Part shown: positions 9,710 to 17,068 of the stretch, piece by piece | Position numbering within the stretch: the stretch's first letter is position 1 | How the letters are laid out: each line of letters opens with the position of its first letter | Assembly (NCBI GenBank): GCA_035504595.1 | Contig: DATJRQ010000004.1 | Location: 33,613 to 97,612 of the forward strand | Length of the DNA: 64,000 bases | Direction: 5' to 3' | Origin: Thermoplasmata archaeon | Lineage (GTDB): Archaea > Thermoplasmatota > Thermoplasmata > Lutacidiplasmatales > UBA184 | Program-made: the position numbers and the translations under genes | Notes under the pieces: model-generated | What the model saw: the letters and a program-made list of their open reading frames with translations, nothing else | Told to the model about the DNA's origin: nothing | The model's database searches: none

Positions 9710-9818
9710 TGGGGCTGCCCGAATTTGAATCGGGGTCCCGGGCTCCCAAAGCCCGAAGGATGGACCAGTAGAGCGGACGGAGGGGCGTACCTCGCGCCCG
9801 TAGCTACCCCACAGCCCC
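9710..9818 (-). tRNA. tRNA-Pro (anticodon UGG) with a ~34-nt intron inside the D-loop
   Basis: Minus strand reads GGGGCTG TG GGGT [45 nt] TCCT T CGGGC TTTGGGA GCCCG GGAC CCCGA TTCAAAT TCGGG CAGCCCC A. It has a perfect 7-bp acceptor stem, a perfect anticodon stem and T arm, and discriminator A. Total length is 109 nt. Confidence 0.75.
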
Positions 9819-9828
9819 ACATCCGGCG

Positions 9829-10257
9829 CTAGACGGCCTCGACCCGTTTGAGCGTTCGGCCGATCCGGCATTCGGCGGGCTCGGCGTCGACCCGTTCGAT
9901 ACGGAAGCGTTGCTTCGACGGCATCGTTGGTCCCGCACAGACGGACCAGTTCGGGCAGTCGATCCGCTGGCACGGATACCGGCCCGTCTCGACGGAGCTC
10001 CCGACGACCGCGCTCCGTGAATCGACGACGATCGTGCGCGCCACCGGTTTTACTTCGACCACGTGGGCCTCCGACTCCTGGAGGGCACACGGGTGCGTCA
10101 CCGGACGAACCTTCGCGACCTCGTACTGCCGACCGATGTCGAGCGTCAGACAGGCGTGACGGTACGGGCACGTTCGGCAGACCGGCGCCCCACCCTGGTA
10201 GATGAAGCGGTAGCCGTCGCGAGCCTCGGGAGTGGCGATGAGGGTGATCTCGGCCAT
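9829..10257 (-). CDS. UPF0179 family protein
   Basis: 142 aa. The N-terminus MAEITLIATPEARDGYRFIYQGG and the conserved Cys pattern (CRTCPYRHAC...HPC...C..IDC) are typical of archaeal UPF0179. Confidence 0.8.
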   Translation of the reverse strand: MAEITLIATPEARDGYRFIYQGGAPVCRTCPYRHACLTLDIGRQYEVAKVRPVTHPCALQESEAHVVEVKPVARTIVVDSRSAVVGSSVETGRYPCQRIDCPNWSVCAGPTMPSKQRFRIERVDAEPAECRIGRTLKRVEAV

Positions 10258-10258
10258 C

Positions 10259-11368
10259 CTACGCCACCACCCCCGTCCGTTTCGCGAGCCGCTCCGCCGC
10301 CTCCCGGGTCAAGCCGTTGTCGCCGAGGATCGTGTAGCGCTCGGGTCGAAGCGTGTGCGCGAGGACGAGGGCCTTGACGACCTCTTCCGAGGAGACCCCG
10401 AGCTCGTTCGCGGTCGTCGGCGCCCCGATCGTGCGGAGCGCGCCCTGGATCTTCTGCCAGTCGCCCCCGTGAAGGTACATCATCATGATCGCCCCGACCC
10501 CGCACTGTTCGCCGTGCAGGCTCGGGTGCGCGGCGACCCGGTCGAGCGCGTGGCTGAAGAGGTGTTCGCTGCCGGAGCACGGCCGGGAGGACCCGGCGAC
10601 GCTCATCGCGATCCCCGCCACGATCATGGGCCGGATCGCGATCCAAACCGACTCTTCTAGACCCGGCTTGATCGAGCCGGCGTGGTCCAGGATCTCGCTG
10701 GCGGCGTATTCGCTGAGCGTGGCCGCGGTGCTGGAGAACTCCTCGTTCTTCAACCGGACCGCCAGATGCCAGTCCCGTACCGCGGTGAGGTTCGAGATGA
10801 CGTCGGCACACCCCGAGGCGAGGAGTCGGAACGGGGCTTGCACGATGACGGCGGTGTCCGCGATGATCCCGAGCGGGACCGCGGCGCCGATGCTGTTCGT
10901 TCGCTCCGAGCCGTGCAGTGAGGCGCGGGGCGAGGAGATGCCGTCGTGGGCCGCGGACGTGGGTACGCTGACGAAAGGAATGCGGAGCCGGTGCGCGACG
11001 ACCTTGGTGATATCGATCTTGCTGCCGCCGCCGGCGGCGATAAGGAACCGGGCGCCCATCGCTCGTACCTCTCCCTCGACGCGCGCCACCTCGGTCTCGG
11101 TCGCCTCGTTGGCGATCAGCACCGGCGCGGTGAATCCCGTCTCGCCGAGGATCTCGGACGCCCGGTTGCCCGCCAGGACCGCGGTCTTCGGACCCGATAC
11201 CACGGCTCCCTTCTCGGGAAAATCGAACTGCTGACAGGCGGCTCCGAGCTCGCCGAGGACCCCGTGCCCTGCCAGGACGACGCGCGGGAAGACCATCCCA
11301 CGCGACTTGCCGAACGGAGAATCCGACCCGGCGGGCGGGTCGCGAGCGGCCGGTTCCGGGGTCGCCAT
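10259..11368 (-). CDS. egsA: NAD(P)-dependent sn-glycerol-1-phosphate dehydrogenase
   Basis: Iron-ADH/DHQS-like fold with motifs IAAGGGSKIDITK, FVSVPTSAAHDGISSPRASL and GSEHLFSHALD. The stop lies 1 nt from the UPF0179 start. An alternative start is the ATG at 11296. Confidence 0.85.
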   Translation of the reverse strand: MATPEPAARDPPAGSDSPFGKSRGMVFPRVVLAGHGVLGELGAACQQFDFPEKGAVVSGPKTAVLAGNRASEILGETGFTAPVLIANEATETEVARVEGEVRAMGARFLIAAGGGSKIDITKVVAHRLRIPFVSVPTSAAHDGISSPRASLHGSERTNSIGAAVPLGIIADTAVIVQAPFRLLASGCADVISNLTAVRDWHLAVRLKNEEFSSTAATLSEYAASEILDHAGSIKPGLEESVWIAIRPMIVAGIAMSVAGSSRPCSGSEHLFSHALDRVAAHPSLHGEQCGVGAIMMMYLHGGDWQKIQGALRTIGAPTTANELGVSSEEVVKALVLAHTLRPERYTILGDNGLTREAAERLAKRTGVVA

Positions 11369-11436
11369 GGCTCAGAGGGGCGGACGAGGGGAGCGCCTTC
11401 TTTAGCCTATGCTCGGGCGCCGAGGGCGGGAGGCGG

Positions 11437-12066
11437 TTACCGGCCCGGAACGTCGCCCCAGAGCACCTTGTGCTCCTGCAACATTACTCGGACGTCCAGT
11501 CGGTCTTTCAGGACCCAGTCCGCCAACCGGCCGGCGTCGGACCCCCACACCGGCTGGAACACAACGGTCGCCGGACCCGAGTGCTTCTGCAGGACGCGAC
11601 GCGCGTAGAGGTAGTCCCTCCGGTCGGCGATCACGAACTTCATCACATCTTGCTCCCGGAGGAGAGCGAGGTTCGCCCACCGGTTCTTCCGGTCCATTTG
11701 CGACGAGGGGCACTTCACGTCCACGCTGAGGATGACCCGCGGGATCCCGAGGTACGGCCGAACGTCGAGCGAGCCACCGGTCTCAATGACGGTCGTGAGT
11801 CCCCGGTCGGAGAGCTCACGGACGAGATCGACCGACTCGGATTGGAGCAAGGGCTCTCCCCCGGTGAGGCAGACGTTCTTCGTGCGATGGCTCGCTACCT
11901 CGCGGACCAGCGAGGAGATCGACCGCTCGGCACCGGGTCCGAACGAGTAGGTGGTGTCGCACCAGGCGCACCGGAGGTTGCACCGGGCGGTACGGACGAA
12001 CGACGTACGAACGCCCGTGAGCGGCCCCTCGCCCTGGACCGAGTGGAAGACCTCGATGATGCGCAT
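11437..12066 (-). CDS. queE: 7-carboxy-7-deazaguanine synthase (radical SAM)
   Basis: Starts at the inner ATG (12064-12066). Motifs are MRIIEVFHSVQGEG, the cluster motif CNLRCAWCDT, and LTGGEPLL. Confidence 0.85.
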   Translation of the reverse strand: MRIIEVFHSVQGEGPLTGVRTSFVRTARCNLRCAWCDTTYSFGPGAERSISSLVREVASHRTKNVCLTGGEPLLQSESVDLVRELSDRGLTTVIETGGSLDVRPYLGIPRVILSVDVKCPSSQMDRKNRWANLALLREQDVMKFVIADRRDYLYARRVLQKHSGPATVVFQPVWGSDAGRLADWVLKDRLDVRVMLQEHKVLWGDVPGR

Positions 12067-12181
12067 CCCTCGACCACCGGTTCGGGCGCCTAAAGTCGCT
12101 TCGCCCCGCGGCGCGGGAAGCGCGCGGAGGATCCCTGGTGAGCGCAACCGTTCAATAACTCGGTTCAATCGAAGCGCCGCG

Positions 12182-15073
12182 ATGGACGTCCGGACCGCGC
12201 TCCACTGGCAGGAGGAGTGGGCGCGCGCGGGCCTCGCGACCGGCCGGCGCGACCCCGGTCGGTCGAAGTTCTTCGCCCTCATCGCGTACCCCGGGTCGAG
12301 CGGATTTCTCCACGTCGGGCACCTTCGCGCCTACGCGTACGCCGACGCGCTTCACCGATACCATCGGTCGTTGGGGGAGGCCGTTCTGTTCCCGTTCGGC
12401 CTGCACGCGTCGGGTCTTCCCGCCGTCACGTTCGCGCAGCGGGTGAAAGCCCGCGACGACGTGGTCGTCCGTTCGCTCGAAGAGGCCGGGGTGCCACCGG
12501 CCGTATGGCCGGCGCTCGAGGACCCCGCCGAGGCGGCTCGATTCCTGGGGGACGAGTATCGACGGGTGATCCACCGGATGGGCGTCCTCATCGACGACTC
12601 CACCTACGTCACCACCATCGACGACGATTACCAGCGCTTCGTGGGCTGGCAGATGCGCGCGCTCTCCGCGCTCGGCGAGGTGGTGCGCGGGACGTACTTT
12701 GCGTCCGTGTGCCCGGTGTGCGGCCCGGTCGCGGTCGACCCGTCCGAGACCGACCTGTCCAGCGGCGGCGACGCGGAGGTCGTCCGGTTCACGACGGTGC
12801 CGTTCCCCCTGGACGACGGGCGAACGTTGCTGGCGGCCACCCTGCGGCCCGAGACCGTGTACGGCGTGACGAATCTCTGGCTCGCCCCGAGCGAAGAGCT
12901 GGTCGTTTGGCACCACGGCGAGAAGGAGTTCCTGGTCGCTCGGGGGGGCGCCGAACGGCTCGTCGAGCAGCACGGGGGGCGGGTGGGCCACGCGATCTCG
13001 GCGCGGGACCTCTTCGGCCGATCGGCTCGCGTGCCGCTCACCGACCGCCGGGTGCCCCTCCTCCCGAGCGCGCTCGTCGACCCGACGATCGGGACCGGGG
13101 TCGTGATGAGCGTCCCGGCGCACGCGCCGGCGGACGCGGCCGCTCTCCGCGAGATATCGGACGAACAACGCGCGGCGCTGGGTCCCGCGCCGGTGCTCCT
13201 CGAGATCCCGCCGGGCGCGGCTCTCTCCTCGTCAGAAGAGGCGTTGACGACCGGTGACGGAACCCCCGCCGAGCGAGCGCTGCGGGCGACGGGCGCCGAA
13301 CGACTCGCCGACGTGGACGCCCTCGCCGAAGCCACGGACCGGCTCTACCGTCTCGAGTTCGTCCGCGGGCGGATGACCGTCGCGAGCCTCGCGGGCGTGT
13401 CGGTCCGGGAGGCACGCGAACGCGTAGCCGAACAATTGCGAGCCGCCGGCGACTCCTTCGAGCTGCAGGAGTTCTCCAAGCCCGTGATCTGCCGCAACGG
13501 TCACTCGGTCATCATCCGCAAGCTCGAGGACCAGTGGTTCCTTCGTTACAGCGATCCGGAGTGGAAGGCGCGCACGATCCAGTCGGCCTCCTCGCTCGTC
13601 ACCTGGCCCGCCGAGTACGCGCGCGAACTCCCCGGCATCCTCGAGTGGTTCGGGAACCGGCCGTGCGCGCGGAAAGGACGGTGGCTGGGCACTCCCCTCC
13701 CGAACGACCCGGACTGGATCGTCGAACCGATCGCGGACTCGACGTTCTACATGGCCTACTTCGTCGTGCGACGGTTCGTCCACGCGGGAAAGATCCGCGT
13801 GGAACAGTTGACGGATGCGTTCTTCGATGCGGTGTTCCGGGGCACGGGCCCGGGGGAACCGTCCGTGCCGGCCGAACTGGCGCAGGAGATCCGGGAGGAG
13901 TTCCTGTACTGGTACCCGCTCGACATCAACATCGGCGGACACGAGCACAAGAGCGTTCACTTCCCCGTGTTCCTGTACACCCACACGGCGCTCCTCCCTC
14001 CCGAGCTCCGGCCCCGAGGGATCTACGTCAACGGATGGGTGACCGGACCCGCCGGGGCGAAGCTGTCGAAGAAGGACGTGTCGTCGAAGCGACCGCCCGT
14101 CGACCGCGCGGTCGAGCGGTGGGGAGCGGATGCGCTGCGGCTCTGGTACACCACCGCGGCCGCCCCGTACGTCGACGTCGAGTGGAGCTCGGAGGGTGTC
14201 GAAGCCGCGCAGGAGCGTCTCCAGGACGTCGAGCGCCTCGTCCGGGAATCCGGCGGCACGGGCCGGGGGGAACCCGAGCTCGATGCGTGGCTCGAGTCGA
14301 TGATGCACCGACTGATCGTTCGGGTCCGGACCGGGTTCGCGGCGGCCGACCTGCGGCCGGTCGGCGAAGACGTGTACGTGACCGTGCCCTCGCTGCTCCG
14401 CCGGTACTATGCCCGGGGCGGGCAGCCGGGCGACCTGACCGACCGGGTGGGGCGGACGTGGACGGTCCTCCTCCAACCGATCACACCGCATCTTGCCGAA
14501 GCGGTCGGAGAGGGGCGCTTCCCCGGGTTGGTCGCCGTCCAACCGTTCCCGCTCGCGACCGATTTCGCTCGTTCGGAAGAGGCCGAGGCGCGAGAGGAGT
14601 ACCTGCTCAAGGTCGAAGAGGACCTGCGCGCGGTGCTCCGCGCGGCGAAGGAGCGGCCCGAGGGCCCGCCCGACGAGGTCGTGTTCTACGTCGCCGCCGC
14701 CTGGAAGGTCCGCATCGAGGAGTGGATGCGGGAGGCCGTCGCCCGCGGGGAGACACCGAACGTTCGGTCGATCATGGAGCGCGTCGCCTCGCATCCGGAG
14801 CTCGCCGCCTTCCGGGCCGAGATCCCGAAGTACGTACAACGCGTCGGACCCCTGCTCCGCTCGGAGTCCTCGAGCGAACTCCCCCGCGGCGACGAGCGTG
14901 CCATTCTCCGCGCCGCCGAAGGGTACCTGGCGCGTCGCTTCTCCTTCCGGTCCGTGGAGGTCTTCAGCGAGGCCGAGGGCGCGGACGCCGACCCGATGGG
15001 CCGGCGCGAACGCTCCCGCCCCGGTCGGCCCGCCTTCTACCTCGTCCGTTCGACCGATGCCGCCCGCCCTTAA
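12182..15073 (+). CDS. leuS: leucine--tRNA ligase, archaeal type
   Basis: Starts at the inner ATG 12182 of track ORF 11951..15073, giving 963 aa. The HIGH-like motif is FLHVGH, the KMSKS-like motif is KLSKK, and a CP1 editing region is present. Confidence 0.95.
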   Translation: MDVRTALHWQEEWARAGLATGRRDPGRSKFFALIAYPGSSGFLHVGHLRAYAYADALHRYHRSLGEAVLFPFGLHASGLPAVTFAQRVKARDDVVVRSLEEAGVPPAVWPALEDPAEAARFLGDEYRRVIHRMGVLIDDSTYVTTIDDDYQRFVGWQMRALSALGEVVRGTYFASVCPVCGPVAVDPSETDLSSGGDAEVVRFTTVPFPLDDGRTLLAATLRPETVYGVTNLWLAPSEELVVWHHGEKEFLVARGGAERLVEQHGGRVGHAISARDLFGRSARVPLTDRRVPLLPSALVDPTIGTGVVMSVPAHAPADAAALREISDEQRAALGPAPVLLEIPPGAALSSSEEALTTGDGTPAERALRATGAERLADVDALAEATDRLYRLEFVRGRMTVASLAGVSVREARERVAEQLRAAGDSFELQEFSKPVICRNGHSVIIRKLEDQWFLRYSDPEWKARTIQSASSLVTWPAEYARELPGILEWFGNRPCARKGRWLGTPLPNDPDWIVEPIADSTFYMAYFVVRRFVHAGKIRVEQLTDAFFDAVFRGTGPGEPSVPAELAQEIREEFLYWYPLDINIGGHEHKSVHFPVFLYTHTALLPPELRPRGIYVNGWVTGPAGAKLSKKDVSSKRPPVDRAVERWGADALRLWYTTAAAPYVDVEWSSEGVEAAQERLQDVERLVRESGGTGRGEPELDAWLESMMHRLIVRVRTGFAAADLRPVGEDVYVTVPSLLRRYYARGGQPGDLTDRVGRTWTVLLQPITPHLAEAVGEGRFPGLVAVQPFPLATDFARSEEAEAREEYLLKVEEDLRAVLRAAKERPEGPPDEVVFYVAAAWKVRIEEWMREAVARGETPNVRSIMERVASHPELAAFRAEIPKYVQRVGPLLRSESSSELPRGDERAILRAAEGYLARRFSFRSVEVFSEAEGADADPMGRRERSRPGRPAFYLVRSTDAARP

Positions 15074-15654
15074 CGTCGGCGGCGTCCGCGGCTCCGCTTC
15101 GCGGGGGACCGCCGCTTCGGGGGGAAGTTCAGGTGCATGCGCGACGGGGTCGGGTGCGCCGACACCGTCCGATACTTCGCACTCTGCTTGGCCCCGTAGC
15201 TCCGCTCGATCGGTCCGGAGATCTCGAAGTAGATCAACTGCCCGACCGGCATGCCGGCGTAGACCCGGACCGGTAGCTTGACACTCATCTCGAGCGTCCA
15301 ATAGTTGCAGAACCCTTCGTCGCCCTTCCCCGCGGTCGAATGGATGTCGATGCCGAGACGCCCGACGCTCGATTTGCCCTCGAGAAATGGCACGAACCCG
15401 TGCGTCTCGGTGTACTCCTCGGTGACACCGAGGTACAGCTGGCCGGGGACGAGAACGTACCCTTCCTTCGGGATGCGAAACTCCTCGACCGGGTTCGCGA
15501 CCCGTGCATCGAGCGCCCCGCTCGTGTACAGCGCCAGGTACGGGCCGAGGTGGACGTCGTAGGAGTTCGTGCCGAGGCACTCGGGTCGAAACGGCCGAAC
15601 GACGATGCGACCCTTTCGCATCTCTTCGCGGATCTTGACGTCCGAGAGGATCAT
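15070..15654 (-). CDS. dcd: dCTP deaminase
   Basis: Motifs are MILSD..I, GTNSYDVHLG and GKSSVGRLGIDIH. Its stop overlaps the leuS stop (TTAA at 15070-15073). Confidence 0.9.
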   Translation of the reverse strand: MILSDVKIREEMRKGRIVVRPFRPECLGTNSYDVHLGPYLALYTSGALDARVANPVEEFRIPKEGYVLVPGQLYLGVTEEYTETHGFVPFLEGKSSVGRLGIDIHSTAGKGDEGFCNYWTLEMSVKLPVRVYAGMPVGQLIYFEISGPIERSYGAKQSAKYRTVSAHPTPSRMHLNFPPKRRSPAKRSRGRRRR

Positions 15655-15680
15655 GCGGCCGGCGCGCCGAGCCGACCTCG

Positions 15681-16544
15681 CTATTTAACGGGGGGCGCGG
15701 CGCCGGGCGCTGTCTCGAGCGCGAGCGCGGCGTACCCGACGACCTCGCGCATCGGCTGGGCCTCTCCGGAGTGGCCCCACCGCAGGAGGCGCGCGACGAG
15801 CGGTTCGCCCGCCAGGGCCGCGAGCAGGACCGTGGTCGGAGCGATCCCGCACATCGAGATGTCGTTCCGTCGGACGGTCTCGTAGAGCATCCGAGGGTCC
15901 CGCTCGAGTATGGCGTCGATCGCGAGCCGGTCGAGCCGTTCGGCGATCTGGGCCGGAACGTAATGCGAGAAATCGGTCGAAGCGACGAGGAGCACATCCC
16001 GGTGGCGCAGCGCGTCCGCGACGACCCGGGCGACCTCGAGGAGTCGGTCGAACCGGTCGAAACGGACCTGGAGGGCGACGAACTTCGGATGGGGCAGGAC
16101 GTACTCCAGGAACGGTAGCTGGACCTCGATCGAATGCTCCTCCGATTGCGCCTCTTCGTCCACTCGGACCGGCCCCCGGGAGAGGGCCTGCACGAGGCCG
16201 TGGTCGGTCTCCATGGGGCCCAAGGGCGTCATCCAGGCCCGATCCGAGAGTACCGGTCCGGCGCCGAGTCCCTGGTGGTCGACCCCCAGGATCAGTACGC
16301 TCGCTGGAGGTCGCTGGGCGCCGAGCAGCGAGTACGCATGCGCCGCGATCGGTCCGGAGAATTCGAAGCCAGCGTGAGGGACGACGATGGCCCGGAGCGT
16401 CCGGGTCGGGCCGCGATGTCGCGTCGGCAGCTCGCCGGGCCCCCGCGGGTCGAGGAAACAACGCTCGACTTGGTGGGCGAGCTCCGCCCCGCTCGGCGCG
16501 TAGAACGTGCCCGCCACCGCCGGGGGCCGTGGGAAATCCGTCAT
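15681..16544 (-). CDS. MEMO1-family protein (AmmeMemoRadiSam system protein B)
   Basis: Motifs are AGTFYAPSGAEL, IVVPHAGFEFSGPIAA, EHSIEVQLPFL, STDFSHY and MCG. Confidence 0.85.
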   Translation of the reverse strand: MTDFPRPPAVAGTFYAPSGAELAHQVERCFLDPRGPGELPTRHRGPTRTLRAIVVPHAGFEFSGPIAAHAYSLLGAQRPPASVLILGVDHQGLGAGPVLSDRAWMTPLGPMETDHGLVQALSRGPVRVDEEAQSEEHSIEVQLPFLEYVLPHPKFVALQVRFDRFDRLLEVARVVADALRHRDVLLVASTDFSHYVPAQIAERLDRLAIDAILERDPRMLYETVRRNDISMCGIAPTTVLLAALAGEPLVARLLRWGHSGEAQPMREVVGYAALALETAPGAAPPVK

Positions 16545-16551
16545 CCCGCGC

Positions 16552-17001
16552 TCACGGGGCCGACAGCTCGGCGACCACTTTTTGGGCCTCCGCCTCCGAG
16601 ATGCGAACTCGCTCGCCCCGGTGGAACGGGTTCGGCTCGCCGTAGCGGGGGATGATGTGGAAGTGGAGGTGGAACACGATCTGGCCGGCGCTGGCTCCCG
16701 CGTTCAGCGCCACGTTGTAATCGGGCGTCAAGCGCTCCGACCGACGACACATCGTCTCGAGCGTTCGAACGACCGCCGCGTGCTCGACGGGGGAGAAGTC
16801 GGTGAGGCGAGCGCCGTGTCGCTTCGGGATCACCAGCAGGTGGCCCCGGGTGAACGGGAACAGGTCGAGGAATGCGACGGTCCCCTCGTCCTCGTACACC
16901 CGGTACGCCGGTGCCCGGCCCGCCACGATCTCACAGAAGATGCAGGGTCCGCTCCGGTCCGGCGGAGGCGGCATTAGCGGCTGGACCGCCCCCTCCGCCA
17001 T
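16552..17001 (-). CDS. HIT-family (histidine triad) nucleotide hydrolase/transferase
   Basis: CIFCEI... plus the histidine triad HLHFHIIPR. Confidence 0.85.
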   Translation of the reverse strand: MAEGAVQPLMPPPPDRSGPCIFCEIVAGRAPAYRVYEDEGTVAFLDLFPFTRGHLLVIPKRHGARLTDFSPVEHAAVVRTLETMCRRSERLTPDYNVALNAGASAGQIVFHLHFHIIPRYGEPNPFHRGERVRISEAEAQKVVAELSAP

Positions 17002-17068
17002 AAAGGGTTGCGCGGTCCTGCGCCGCCCGGGTCCACCTCATTAGGAGTGCGAGACCTTGCGTGGGCGG

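Noticed and set aside
15681-16544. A possible AmmeMemoRadiSam three-gene system (MEMO-like protein B plus a radical SAM enzyme in the window).
   Set aside because: No AMMECR1 gene is present. The only radical SAM candidates (queE at 11437, the B12-type enzyme at 56440) are of other families and lie 4-40 kb away. The MEMO gene sits between dcd and a HIT gene.
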